64,000 nucleotides of DNA, taken from NCBI GenBank assembly GCA_016935735.1, contig JAFGQK010000090.1, positions 1,250 through 65,249 on the forward strand, in the 5' to 3' direction. The stretch is from Spirochaetales bacterium (lineage in GTDB: Bacteria; Spirochaetota; Spirochaetia; SZUA-6; JAFGRV01). The position numbers and the translations under genes were made by a program. A model generated the notes under the pieces. It had not been told where the DNA came from, searched no databases, and saw only the letters and a program-made list of their open reading frames with translations. This document shows, piece by piece, positions 18,578 to 27,963 of the stretch; the first letter of the stretch is position 1; each line of letters opens with the position of its first letter.

Positions 18578-18763
18578 TTACCAACTTGACTTTGTTACAC
18601 CAGGAATTAACCCTTCACTGGCCAGTTTCCTGAAGCAAATTCTACACATCTGAAATTTCCGCATATATCCCCGGACCCTGCCGCAAATACGGCACCGGTT
18701 AACTTTCCGCGTCTTATACTTGGGACTTCTTTGTGCTTTTAAAATCATTGCTTTTCTCGCCAT
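18578..18763 (-). CDS. rpsN: 30S ribosomal protein S14, type Z (zinc-binding, 61 aa)
   Basis: [45 protein letters not shown] with two CxxC pairs. Sits between rplE and rpsH. Confidence 0.95.
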   Translation of the reverse strand: MARKAMILKAQRSPKYKTRKVNRCRICGRVRGYMRKFQMCRICFRKLASEGLIPGVTKSSW

Positions 18764-18781
18764 TCTCTTCCTCTTTCTTTA

Positions 18782-19354
18782 TTATTTTCTAAATGGCATA
18801 CCCAATTTATCCAAAAGGCTTTTCGCTTCTTTGTCTGTTTTTGCAGTAGTGACAATAGCGACATTCAAGCCTGATACCCGCTCAATTTTATCATAATCTA
18901 TTTCAGGGAAAATGATCTGTTCAATAATTCCCAGTGAATAATTACCATGTCCATCAAAAGCATTCGGATTTGTACCACGAAAATCTTTAACACGAGGAAT
19001 TGCGACATTAACTAACCGGTTAAAGAATTCATACATATAGTGTCCCCTTAATGTCACCATTGCCCCGATTTCCATACCGGCACGCACCTTGAAACCGGCA
19101 ATGGATTTTCTTGACTTTGTTCTGACAGCCTTCTGACCGGTAATCTGTGTGAGTTCCTTTACTGCTGCATCGAGCAGTTTCTTATTCTGAATCGCATCTC
19201 CCATACCAATACTTACAACGATCTTTTTCAACTTCGGAACCTGCATTACAGATTTATAAACAAATTCCTTCCTTAATTCTTCCTTTATTTTTTCATCATA
19301 CAGTTTTTTAATAGAAGGAAGTTTTTTGGCTCCTTGTTTTTCCGAACCACTCAT
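18782..19354 (-). CDS. rplE: 50S ribosomal protein L5
   Basis: Start set at the ATG at 19354 (MSGSEKQ...), which forms a TAATG overlap with the rplX stop. [38 protein letters not shown]. Confidence 0.9.
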   Translation of the reverse strand: MSGSEKQGAKKLPSIKKLYDEKIKEELRKEFVYKSVMQVPKLKKIVVSIGMGDAIQNKKLLDAAVKELTQITGQKAVRTKSRKSIAGFKVRAGMEIGAMVTLRGHYMYEFFNRLVNVAIPRVKDFRGTNPNAFDGHGNYSLGIIEQIIFPEIDYDKIERVSGLNVAIVTTAKTDKEAKSLLDKLGMPFRK

Positions 19355-19686
19355 TATAATTCCTCCCCACATTTTTTACATATTCTTAATTTCTTCTTCT
19401 GTGCGTCCGAGTTTTTGAATCCAATCCGTGTCGGTCCGCATTTTTTACAGAGTATCATGATATTTGATAACTTCACCGGTGCTTCGATCTCAACAATACC
19501 ACCTTTTTGATTCTGCTTATTCTGTCTCATCGCTTTTTTTACCATGTTCTGCCCTTCTATGATAGCTGTGCCATTCGCCTTGTTTATTTTAAGTATCTTT
19601 CCGGTATTATCAATATTTTTGCCTGTAATGATCTTTACCTGATCATTCTTCTTTAATTTATATTTATTTTTTTTCATTTTTTGCAT
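19354..19686 (-). CDS. rplX: 50S ribosomal protein L24
   Basis: GAGGAGG lies 5 nt upstream of the ATG at 19686. [18 protein letters not shown] motif. Confidence 0.9.
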   Translation of the reverse strand: MQKMKKNKYKLKKNDQVKIITGKNIDNTGKILKINKANGTAIIEGQNMVKKAMRQNKQNQKGGIVEIEAPVKLSNIMILCKKCGPTRIGFKNSDAQKKKLRICKKCGEEL

Positions 19687-19724
19687 AACTTCCTCCTCTG
19701 TAAAATACCCGGATACATGGAATA

Positions 19725-20093
19725 TTACAATACCTCCGGTGCAAGCGAAACGATTTTCATATAGTTCTTTTCACGTAATTCCCTTGCAACGGGACCAAAA
19801 ATTCGTTTTCCTTTCGGGTTTTTATTCGCATCAATTATAACACAAGCATTGTCATCAAATCTTATATAAGTCCCATCCGGTCTCCTGTATTCCTTCTTTG
19901 TTCTTACAATCACTGCTTTTTCCACAGATCCTTTTTTTATTGGTGCATTGGGCAAAGCATCCTTTACTGCAACAACGATAATATCTCCAATACTGGCAAC
20001 TTTTCTTCTTGTGCCTCCAAGTACCTTAATACATGAAACCCTTTTGGCGCCACTATTATCTGCCACATTTAAATATGTCATTACCTGTATCAT
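19725..20093 (-). CDS. rplN: 50S ribosomal protein L14
   Basis: [27 protein letters not shown]...GPVARELRE. Confidence 0.95.
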   Translation of the reverse strand: MIQVMTYLNVADNSGAKRVSCIKVLGGTRRKVASIGDIIVVAVKDALPNAPIKKGSVEKAVIVRTKKEYRRPDGTYIRFDDNACVIIDANKNPKGKRIFGPVARELREKNYMKIVSLAPEVL

Positions 20094-20192
20094 CTTTTAA
20101 ACTCCCTTTACATCAACATCAAATGAGCTGAAATACTACAATGTATTCAACATGGTTGACCCCCAACTGTTGTTTAAACAAGGAGGTATTCG

Positions 20193-20438
20193 CTATTTTG
20201 CCCGTTCTACTATTTCTAAAAGACGCCAGCATTTATCTTTGCTTAATGGTCTCGTCTCGATTACTTTTACAACATCATTCACATTACATTCATTCTTTTC
20301 ATCATGTGCTTTTATTTTCTTTGTTTTATTTACATATTTCTTATACAAACGATGGAGTTGTCTTTGAGCAATTTCCAAAACAATTGTTTTATTCATTTTA
20401 TTGCTCACAACCCTTCCCGTTAAAATCTTTTTATTCAT
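20193..20438 (-). CDS. rpsQ: 30S ribosomal protein S17
   Basis: Start set at the ATG at 20438 (MNKKILTGRVVSNKMNKTIVLEI), downstream of the rpmC stop at 20470. The longer ORF from 20501 would overlap rpmC. Confidence 0.85.
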   Translation of the reverse strand: MNKKILTGRVVSNKMNKTIVLEIAQRQLHRLYKKYVNKTKKIKAHDEKNECNVNDVVKVIETRPLSKDKCWRLLEIVERAK

Positions 20439-20469
20439 TGTCTTCTGTTTTGCTGCCACTTCTTTACAC

Positions 20470-20670
20470 CTACTCTTTTCTGATTTCCAGGTTATATTCA
20501 TTGATAATCGTATTAAGTCTGGCGATCTGCCTTCTCATTATCCGTTTTTGTAAAGGATTATCAATATGACCTATTACCATATTAAAGCGCAGATCCCTGT
20601 ATTTTTTTTTCAACTCTTCTCTTTTTGTAAGAAGTTCCTTGAATGTCAAATCGTTAAATGAATTTTTCAT
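20470..20670 (-). CDS. rpmC: 50S ribosomal protein L29
   Basis: 66 aa, [46 protein letters not shown] overlap with rplP. Confidence 0.9.
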   Translation of the reverse strand: MKNSFNDLTFKELLTKREELKKKYRDLRFNMVIGHIDNPLQKRIMRRQIARLNTIINEYNLEIRKE

Positions 20671-21092
20671 ACTGCCTGCTCATAATCCCTTCTAATAATG
20701 ATTTTCGTTTTTATAGGAAGTTTACTCCCGGCCAGCCGGATTGCAGAGAGAGCAAGGTCCTTTGAAATACCTGCTACCTCAAACATAACCGTTCCCGGTT
20801 TTACCACTGCCACCCAGTATTCCGGGCTTCCTTTTCCTTTCCCCATTCTTGTCTCTGCAGGTTTCTTTGTATATGGCATATCCGGGAAAATCCTTATCCA
20901 TACTTTACCACCACGCTTTATATGCCTGGTAATTGCAATACGCGCCGCTTCAATCTGGCGATTGGTAATCCAGAAGCACTCCATAGCCACCAGACCGAAA
21001 TCTCCGAATGAAATTTTATTGCCCCGGCTTGCCTTCCCATGCATTCTCCCGCGCATTTTCTTCCGGTATTTTGTACGCTTTGGACTTAACAT
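20667..21092 (-). CDS. rplP: 50S ribosomal protein L16
   Basis: [21 protein letters not shown]...[21 protein letters not shown]. Confidence 0.95.
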   Translation of the reverse strand: MLSPKRTKYRKKMRGRMHGKASRGNKISFGDFGLVAMECFWITNRQIEAARIAITRHIKRGGKVWIRIFPDMPYTKKPAETRMGKGKGSPEYWVAVVKPGTVMFEVAGISKDLALSAIRLAGSKLPIKTKIIIRRDYEQAV

Positions 21093-21111
21093 TATCCTCT
21101 ACTCCTCTCCG

Positions 21112-21801
21112 CTACTCTTTCTCTCTTGCCTGCTTTAATAGAATACCTGCATCCTCTTTTTTATCCTTACCGTATACTTCCCCGTGACATATCCATACTT
21201 TCACCCCGATAGTGCCGAACGTAGTAATGGCAACGGCGAAACCGTAATCGATATCTGCACGAAACGTATGCAGGGGAATTCTTCCTTCTTTATACTCACT
21301 TGTTCGCGCCATTTCAGCGCCGCCAAGCCGCCCGGATATTTTTATTTTAATTCCCTGGATCCCGGTTTTCATTGCATTGGAAACTGCCATCTTCATCGCT
21401 TTTCTGAAAGAAGACCGGGCTTTTAATTGCTTTGCAACATTAAGGGCAACAAGCTGGGAATTGAACTCCGGTCTTTTTATTTCCTTTATTTTAATCTGTA
21501 TCTTCTTTGTCACTATTTTTTTAATAAGATTCCCGAGCCGCTCGATATTCGAACCCTTTACCCCGATAATAACCCCGGGTTTGGCTGTATGAATAATGAT
21601 TGTCACTTTTTGCGGATGCCGTACTATTTCAATATCTGCAACATCTGCATTCTTTGTCTCAGGGAATTCCTTGATTATTTCCCTGATTTTAAGATCTTCA
21701 TGTAAAACATCTGCATATTCCTTTGGATCAACAAACCATTTTGATTTCCATGTTTTATTGATGTTTAATCTGATACTATAAGGATGTACTTTCTGTCCCA
21801 C
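21112..21801 (-). CDS. rpsC: 30S ribosomal protein S3
   Basis: GTG start at 21801 (TAGTG overlap with the rplV stop). [24 protein letters not shown] domain, [30 protein letters not shown]. Confidence 0.95.
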   Translation of the reverse strand: MGQKVHPYSIRLNINKTWKSKWFVDPKEYADVLHEDLKIREIIKEFPETKNADVADIEIVRHPQKVTIIIHTAKPGVIIGVKGSNIERLGNLIKKIVTKKIQIKIKEIKRPEFNSQLVALNVAKQLKARSSFRKAMKMAVSNAMKTGIQGIKIKISGRLGGAEMARTSEYKEGRIPLHTFRADIDYGFAVAITTFGTIGVKVWICHGEVYGKDKKEDAGILLKQAREKE

Positions 21802-22166
21802 TATTTTTTCTTCGCCTCCCCTATTTCATCAATAACTACAGATATATGAGAAAACCGTTTTAATAACCTGTCTGCCCTTCCCCTGGCACGCATCCAGATA
21901 CGTTTCATTCTTGGGCCCTCATTTATTTGTAATTCTTTAATATAAATCATATCCTCATCAAGTTTTTCATTTTGCTTTAATGCATTTGCCATAGCAGAAC
22001 TGATTACTTTTTTAAGCAAATGGGCGCCTTTATGAGGCATATTTTCCAGAACTGAAATCACTTCACTGTACGGCTTTTTACGGATAATGTTTGCAATTCT
22101 TCTTAATTTTGCAGGCGATATCCGTAAATACCTTGCATGTGCTTTATATCCCTTTTTTGCTTCCAT
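21801..22166 (-). CDS. rplV: 50S ribosomal protein L22
   Basis: Start set at the ATG at 22166 ([31 protein letters not shown]), downstream of the rpsS stop at 22177. Confidence 0.9.
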   Translation of the reverse strand: MEAKKGYKAHARYLRISPAKLRRIANIIRKKPYSEVISVLENMPHKGAHLLKKVISSAMANALKQNEKLDEDMIYIKELQINEGPRMKRIWMRARGRADRLLKRFSHISVVIDEIGEAKKK

Positions 22167-22176
22167 TTCCTGATTA

Positions 22177-22458
22177 TTACCTCTTCTTTGCTTTCTTATC
22201 CGAACCAGAATGGCTGCGGAATATCCGTGTAGGAGAAAACTCCCCAAGTTTATGCCCAACCAGGTTCTCTGTTATATATACAGGAATCCAGGTTCTTCCG
22301 TTATAAACAGATATAGTAAGACCCACCATTTCCGGAATAATCGTTGAACACCTTGAAAAAGTTTTAATCATTTTCTTTTCACCGGACTTTTTTACATCCA
22401 GTACTTTCTTGTAAAGGCTTTTTTCAATAAACGGGCCTTTTTTTATTGATCTAGACAC
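22177..22458 (-). CDS. rpsS: 30S ribosomal protein S19
   Basis: GTG start. [14 protein letters not shown]...[28 protein letters not shown]. Confidence 0.95.
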   Translation of the reverse strand: MSRSIKKGPFIEKSLYKKVLDVKKSGEKKMIKTFSRCSTIIPEMVGLTISVYNGRTWIPVYITENLVGHKLGEFSPTRIFRSHSGSDKKAKKR

Positions 22459-22469
22459 TCTTCACTCTC

Positions 22470-23315
22470 CTACTTCCTTTTCTTTATTATAAACTTACCC
22501 GTGGTTTTTCGTTTCTTCCTTGTTTTATATCCTTTTGTCGGCACTCCCCAGGGGGTAACCGGGTGCCTTCCCCCGGAAGATTTTCCTTCTCCACCGCCAT
22601 GCGGATGATCATGCGGATTCATGGCAACACCCCTTACCTTTGGCCGCTTCCCGAGCCAGCGGTTACGTCCTGCTTTGCCCAGTGAAACATTCATATGATC
22701 TTCGTTCCCGATCACTCCAATAGTTGCAAAACACTTTTTAAAAACCAGGCGCATTTCACCGGAAGGAAGACGCAACGTAACATAATCACCTTCTTTTGCT
22801 ACGATGGTTGCTCCTGTTCCGGCAGACCGGGCAAGTTGGCCACCTTTCCCCAGCTGGAGTTCAATATTATGGACAACCATTCCCAGGGGAATACGCTCAA
22901 GCGGTAATGCATTCCCGTTTTCCAGGGGAGCATCATTCCCGCTTTGAACGGTCATACCGACCTTCAAATCCCTGGGTGCCAGGATATACCTTTTTTCTCC
23001 GTCCACGTAGTTGATGAGTGCAATATTGGCACTCCTGTTGGGATCATACTCAATTGATGCCACTTTCCCGGGAATGCTTTTCATTAAACCATCTTTCGTA
23101 TATTTATCCCGTCTGAAATCGATGACACGATACTTTCTTTTATGTCTTCTTCCTCTACGCCGGACACTTATTCTTCCATTTGCACCCCGGCCGGCTTTAA
23201 ACGGCATTCCTTTTGAAAGAGACTTTTCGCTTTTTTCACGGGTAATCTCATCAAAGGAGAGGCTTGTTTTATAACGCATTCCAGCTGTATTCGGTTTATA
23301 ATTCTTAATACCCAT
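22470..23315 (-). CDS. rplB: 50S ribosomal protein L2
   Basis: [15 protein letters not shown]...[31 protein letters not shown]. Confidence 0.95.
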   Translation of the reverse strand: MGIKNYKPNTAGMRYKTSLSFDEITREKSEKSLSKGMPFKAGRGANGRISVRRRGRRHKRKYRVIDFRRDKYTKDGLMKSIPGKVASIEYDPNRSANIALINYVDGEKRYILAPRDLKVGMTVQSGNDAPLENGNALPLERIPLGMVVHNIELQLGKGGQLARSAGTGATIVAKEGDYVTLRLPSGEMRLVFKKCFATIGVIGNEDHMNVSLGKAGRNRWLGKRPKVRGVAMNPHDHPHGGGEGKSSGGRHPVTPWGVPTKGYKTRKKRKTTGKFIIKKRK

Positions 23316-23320
23316 AATTG

Positions 23321-23608
23321 TTATACACCTTCAAAAATACTGATTTTTTCCCCTTCCCGTAATGTTACTATTGCCTTTTTCCATGTTGCAGTATATCCCG
23401 GCTGATACCGGACTCTTCTCGGTTTTCTTTTACAGTTTATAATATTACACTTCAAGGGACGTACATTAAAAAGCACTTCAATTGCTCTTTTTATCTGTTT
23501 CTTATTTGATCTTGAATCTACTTTAAAGCCGTATTTATTCCTTTCACGCATTGTATTGGACTTTTCTGTTACAATCGGTTCTATTATAATATCCTCGTTA
23601 AATTCCAT
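23321..23608 (-). CDS. rplW: 50S ribosomal protein L23
   Basis: 95 aa, [14 protein letters not shown]...[24 protein letters not shown]. Sits between rplD and rplB. Confidence 0.9.
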   Translation of the reverse strand: MEFNEDIIIEPIVTEKSNTMRERNKYGFKVDSRSNKKQIKRAIEVLFNVRPLKCNIINCKRKPRRVRYQPGYTATWKKAIVTLREGEKISIFEGV

Positions 23609-23652
23609 ATCATTCTCCTGTTTGTATATATCGTACTATTATCCTTGTTTCT

Positions 23653-24276
23653 TCATCCTGAATAAACATTATTCAGTTCCATGGCCGCAGATTCATGGAT
23701 AATAAGATTAAGTCCATAAAAAAGATCATGGGCATTAAGCTTATTAAAGGTAAGCATCTTTACCCAGGGAATATTTCTTCCGGCCCGTTTTATCCGATTA
23801 TTGTCGTCTTTAAGAATCATAACAGTATTTTTTGCATCAACATGATTGTGAAGAAGTGTTATGAGTTCTTTTGTTTTTCCGTTCTCAATATCAAAATCTT
23901 CTATAATCCTTATCCTGTTTTCCTTCATTTTAAGGCTTAATATAGACTTTATTGCAAGATGTTTTAACTTTTTCGGTATTTTATAATTAAAACTCCTTGG
24001 TCTGGGTCCAAATACAATTCCACCGCCAACACGCAAAGGTGAACGTTTTGTACCGGCCCTGGCCCTGCCTGTACCTTTCTGACGATACATTTTCTGGCTG
24101 GTTCCCTGTACTTCACCCCTTGTCTTTACACAAGCTGTTCCCACACGTCTGTTTGCGAGTTCATTTTTAATGGCATGGTAAATTGATCCCATACTCACTT
24201 CCCGGCAAAATACATTATCTGACAGTTCTATCTCGTTTTTTTCTGTTCCGTCTATTGCGAATACCTTTATCTTCAT
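23653..24276 (-). CDS. rplD: 50S ribosomal protein L4
   Basis: KTRGEVQGTSQKMYRQKGTGRARAGTKRSPLRVGGGIVFGPRPRSF. Confidence 0.95.
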   Translation of the reverse strand: MKIKVFAIDGTEKNEIELSDNVFCREVSMGSIYHAIKNELANRRVGTACVKTRGEVQGTSQKMYRQKGTGRARAGTKRSPLRVGGGIVFGPRPRSFNYKIPKKLKHLAIKSILSLKMKENRIRIIEDFDIENGKTKELITLLHNHVDAKNTVMILKDDNNRIKRAGRNIPWVKMLTFNKLNAHDLFYGLNLIIHESAAMELNNVYSG

Positions 24277-24310
24277 AATCTATCTCTCTTATCCTTCCTT
24301 GTAATTTGCA

Positions 24311-24949
24311 TCATTTCGATTTCGCATTACCCTTTTTCTTCGATTTATATACCAATACGACCCTGTTCCTTGGTCCTGGAACAGATCCTTTTATAAGAAG
24401 GATGTTTTTTTCAGCATCGATTTTTACCAGCTTTAGATTTTGTACTGTTACGTTTTCCCCACCCATTCTGCCGGCCATTCTTGATCCTTTAAAAACCCGG
24501 GAAGGCCATGCTGACTGTCCGGTAGAGCCAGGAGTCCTGTGAAATTTGGATCCATGTGTTTTCCGTCCGCCGGCAAATCCATGCCGCTTTACCACACCCT
24601 GGAACCCTTTTCCTTTGGAAATTCCTTTTACATCAACGTATTCAATCCCTTCAAAAAGGTCAACAGAGAGTTCGCTGCCAATCTCGTATTTCTTTTCAAA
24701 ATCTCTTATTTCAACACATACTTTACGGGGTTTTATTCCTTCCCGGAATTGTCCGGCATAGGGCTTTTTCACATTCTTTTCTTTCATCTCAAATGCCCCG
24801 AGTATAACAGCATTATATCCGTCCCTGTCTGCTTTTCTTTCATTAACAACAACATTCGCTTCCACCTGAACAATCGTAACAGGTAACATATTCCCTGTTT
24901 CATCAAATACCTGGGTCATCCCGACTTTTTTTCCAATCAAACCTACCAT
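24311..24949 (-). CDS. rplC: 50S ribosomal protein L3
   Basis: MVGLIGKKVGMTQVFDE...FQGVVKRHGFAGG. The ATG at 24949 has agagga 5 nt upstream; the ORF-track start at 24952 is a GTG one codon earlier. Confidence 0.93.
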   Translation of the reverse strand: MVGLIGKKVGMTQVFDETGNMLPVTIVQVEANVVVNERKADRDGYNAVILGAFEMKEKNVKKPYAGQFREGIKPRKVCVEIRDFEKKYEIGSELSVDLFEGIEYVDVKGISKGKGFQGVVKRHGFAGGRKTHGSKFHRTPGSTGQSAWPSRVFKGSRMAGRMGGENVTVQNLKLVKIDAEKNILLIKGSVPGPRNRVVLVYKSKKKGNAKSK

Positions 24950-24969
24950 CACGTTCCTCTATTCTTAAA

Positions 24970-25278
24970 CTACATCTTGATTTCTACATCAACACCTGCA
25001 GGGAGCTCTAATTTCATTAAAGCATCCATTACAGCAGATGTCGGTTCAATAATATCTATCAACCGCTTATGAGTTCTCATTTCAAATTGTTCTCGCGACT
25101 TCTTATTCACATGTGGTGATCGAAGAACAGTATATTTGTTAATACGAGTGGGGAGAGGTATCGGCCCAGAAACCCTGGAACCAGCCTTTAACACTGTATC
25201 AACAATAGCTTTTGAGCTTTGATCGATGAGTTCCACATCAAATCCTCTTAATCGAACACGAATCCTTTCTTTAATCAT
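24970..25278 (-). CDS. rpsJ: 30S ribosomal protein S10
   Basis: Start set at the ATG at 25278 ([14 protein letters not shown]), preceded by caggagg. ...[39 protein letters not shown]. Confidence 0.95.
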   Translation of the reverse strand: MIKERIRVRLRGFDVELIDQSSKAIVDTVLKAGSRVSGPIPLPTRINKYTVLRSPHVNKKSREQFEMRTHKRLIDIIEPTSAVMDALMKLELPAGVDVEIKM

Positions 25279-25371
25279 CCTTCCTCCTGATACCAACTTT
25301 TCTTTACCATCGTTCACCGCTTATCAATGAGAATCACATAAGATAAGCACATACTAATGGCCGATAATATA

Positions 25372-26562
25372 TTATTCTATAATCTCCGTTACTGCACCAG
25401 CAGCGACAGTTTTTCCACCTTCACGGATAGCGAATCTGAGTCCTTTCTCGATCGCGATAGTACAGATAAGTTCCACTTCCAGCGGGGTGTTATCCCCGGG
25501 CATTACCATCTGCTTTCCTTCGGGAAGATTTACCGTCCCTGTCACATCGGTTGTTCTGAAGTAAAACTGTGGTCTATATCCTGTAAAGAACGGGGAGTGT
25601 CTCCCACCTTCTTCTTTTGTTAAAACATACACCTGGGTCTTTACCTTTCTATGCGGGGTAATCGATCCCGGTTTTGCAATAACCTGGCCCCTCTGTACTT
25701 CTTTCTTATCAATACCGCGAAGAAGACATCCGACATTATCCCCTGCCCGGCCTTCATCAAGTATTTTGTTAAACATCTCAACACCGGTAACAACTGTTTT
25801 CTTTGTATCTTTTATCCCGATGATTTCCACTTCATCCCCGACTTTTACAATACCTCTATCAACTCTCCCGGTAACGACTGTTCCCCTGCCCTGGATAGAG
25901 AAGACATCCTCCACGGGCATAAGAAAATCCTTATCAATAGCACGCTGGGGAAGGGGGAAATATTCATCCATTTTTGCAAGAAGTTCAGTAATTGTTTTGA
26001 TCTTTTCCGGATCTTCCGGATTATTCATGGCTGCCAGTGCCGATCCCCTGACGATAGGAATTTCATCCCCCGGGAATTGATATTCTTTAAGAACGTCTCT
26101 TATCTCTTCTTCGACAAGATCGATAAGTTCAGGATCATCAACCTGATCAATTTTGTTCAGATATACAACAATTGCCGGTACCCCTACCTGACGGGCTAAA
26201 AGGATATGTTCCCTTGTCTGGGGCATTACTGAATCAGGGGCAGACACAACGAGAACCGCGCCGTCCATCTGGGCAGCACCTGTAATCATATTCTTGATAT
26301 AGTCTGCATGTCCCGGGCAGTCCACATGAGCATAATGCCGGTTCTCGGTTTCATATTCAACATGGCGGGTATTGATTGTTATACCCCTGGCTTTTTCTTC
26401 TGGTGCATTATCTATATCATCAAATTTCATCAACTTACTTCCATACTTCGCGGCACAGTACATGGTAATGGCTGCTGTAAGTGTTGTCTTTCCATGGTCG
26501 ACATGCCCAATAGTACCGACATTGATATGTGGTTTTGTTCTTTCGAATTTTGCTTTTGCCAT
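25372..26562 (-). CDS. tuf: Elongation factor Tu
   Basis: [40 protein letters not shown]. 396 aa, immediately upstream of rpsJ. Confidence 0.98.
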   Translation of the reverse strand: MAKAKFERTKPHINVGTIGHVDHGKTTLTAAITMYCAAKYGSKLMKFDDIDNAPEEKARGITINTRHVEYETENRHYAHVDCPGHADYIKNMITGAAQMDGAVLVVSAPDSVMPQTREHILLARQVGVPAIVVYLNKIDQVDDPELIDLVEEEIRDVLKEYQFPGDEIPIVRGSALAAMNNPEDPEKIKTITELLAKMDEYFPLPQRAIDKDFLMPVEDVFSIQGRGTVVTGRVDRGIVKVGDEVEIIGIKDTKKTVVTGVEMFNKILDEGRAGDNVGCLLRGIDKKEVQRGQVIAKPGSITPHRKVKTQVYVLTKEEGGRHSPFFTGYRPQFYFRTTDVTGTVNLPEGKQMVMPGDNTPLEVELICTIAIEKGLRFAIREGGKTVAAGAVTEIIE

Positions 26563-26711
26563 CTTATCCTCCTTTATTTTCTAAAATAACGCTACTTATA
26601 GCATATATTTTTCTATATAAAAAGCCTTATAAGCCCGTTATTTCAGGAAACTTCTGTATAAATTAAAAGCATTTGCTCTTTTCCATTTTTCATTACCACC
26701 CGTAATGATCA

Positions 26712-27182
26712 TTACCATCTGTAATGCGCAAATGCTTTGTTTGCCTCTGCCATCCGGTGGGTATCCTCCTTTTTCTTAAAAGAAGACCCGGTTGAATTAA
26801 ATGCATCAATGAACTCTGCAGAAAGTTTTTCACTCATTGATTTCCCGGAGCGGTGCCGGGCAAAAGTAATGAGCCAGCGCATTGCAAGTGCTTCGCGCCT
26901 TTCTTCTTTAATCTCTACAGGAACCTGGTATGTAGAACCGCCAACTCTCCTGGATTTCACTTCTATAAGCGGTTTTACCTGCTCCAGTGCTTTTTCAAAG
27001 ACCTCAAGCGGATCTTTATTAAGCTTTGTTTTAATCGCATCCAGTGCACTATAAAATATATGATATCCGCAGGATTTCTTTCCTTTAAGCATCATCCTGC
27101 TTACAAACCTGGTGATGGTGACACTTCCAAATTTCGGATCTGGCTGTACCTGTTTTCTTGCCGATATCCTTCTTCTTGGCAT
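26712..27182 (-). CDS. rpsG: 30S ribosomal protein S7
   Basis: MPRRRISARKQVQPDPKFGS...VEIKEERREALAMRWL...MAEANKAFAHYRW. Confidence 0.95.
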   Translation of the reverse strand: MPRRRISARKQVQPDPKFGSVTITRFVSRMMLKGKKSCGYHIFYSALDAIKTKLNKDPLEVFEKALEQVKPLIEVKSRRVGGSTYQVPVEIKEERREALAMRWLITFARHRSGKSMSEKLSAEFIDAFNSTGSSFKKKEDTHRMAEANKAFAHYRW

Positions 27183-27218
27183 TTTATTCTCCTCTATCCT
27201 GTACCAGGGCTTTTTAAT

Positions 27219-27593
27219 CTAAGCCTTTGGCTTTTTTGTTCCGTATTTGGACCGGGCTTTTTTCCGGTCATCTACCCCAAGAGTATCCTTGGCTCCTCGA
27301 ATTATATGATACCTGACCCCGGGTAAATCCTTTACCCTGCCTCCACGAATCATAACAACAGAATGCTCCTGGAGATTATGACCAATACCGGGAATATAGG
27401 CTGTTACCTCAATTCCATTTGTAAGTCTCACCCTTGCAACTTTCCGCAAAGCAGAATTCGGCTTTTTGGGAGTTACTGTCATTACCCTTGTACATACTCC
27501 CCTTTTCTGGGCGCATGACTGGAGTGCAGGTGATTTTGTCTTATGAAGTACTCTTTTCCTGCCCTTCCTTACAAGCTGATTTATCGTTGGCAT
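27219..27593 (-). CDS. rpsL: 30S ribosomal protein S12
   Basis: Start set at the ATG at 27593 ([13 protein letters not shown]). ...[20 protein letters not shown]...[17 protein letters not shown]. Confidence 0.95.
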   Translation of the reverse strand: MPTINQLVRKGRKRVLHKTKSPALQSCAQKRGVCTRVMTVTPKKPNSALRKVARVRLTNGIEVTAYIPGIGHNLQEHSVVMIRGGRVKDLPGVRYHIIRGAKDTLGVDDRKKARSKYGTKKPKA

Positions 27594-27626
27594 ACCGCTC
27601 CCTTCTTCACTTTTATTGAGCAAACG

Positions 27627-27655
27627 ATTTTAGCAACCACACAAAAAAAAGTCAA
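27627..27655 (-). promoter_or_regulatory. Sigma70-type promoter candidate upstream of rpsL
   Basis: The minus strand reads TTGACT, a 17-nt spacer, then TAAAAT (-35 at 27655-27650, -10 at 27632-27627), about 35 nt upstream of the rpsL ATG. Confidence 0.5.
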
Positions 27656-27888
27656 TCCTTCCCTTGAAAAAACAAAAAAAGAATTGCTTTTTTTTGTCAG
27701 TTCATTTGCTTTTCATTTCCTTCCCGTTTTTAAGAGAAATTTTTTATTCTCTCCCGGAATCATTTCTTTGTAAAAATGAATTCCAGATCCACACTGTTGC
27801 CTATACTATCATTTTAAAATGATTTATGCAACCCTTCTATAATAGATTTTATATAAAAAATAATTCAGTTTCTGTCAATAGCAGAACG

Positions 27889-27917
27889 AATATAGTAAAA
27901 TTTAAAAAAAGTGTCAA
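27889..27917 (-). promoter_or_regulatory. Consensus-like sigma70 promoter candidate in the rpoC-rpsL spacer
   Basis: The minus strand reads TTGACA, a 17-nt spacer, then TATATT. A second TTGACA-N17-TATATA lies about 40 nt downstream (the -35 is at 27878-27873). Confidence 0.4.
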
Positions 27918-27963
27918 TCCTGTACTCGTAAAGAGGAGTACTGATTTTTTTTTTTTTACACTT

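Noticed and set aside
20141-20569. 142-aa plus-strand ORF across rpsQ/rpmC
   Set aside because: It is antisense to two conserved ribosomal protein genes.
25651-26199. 182-aa plus-strand ORF (plus several shorter ones) inside tuf
   Set aside because: It is antisense to EF-Tu. No RBS or motifs.
27930-27957. Hairpin plus T13 as a plus-strand terminator feature
   Set aside because: No plus-strand gene ends nearby. It is kept only as a remark in the rpoC-rpsL spacer finding rather than as an annotated terminator.
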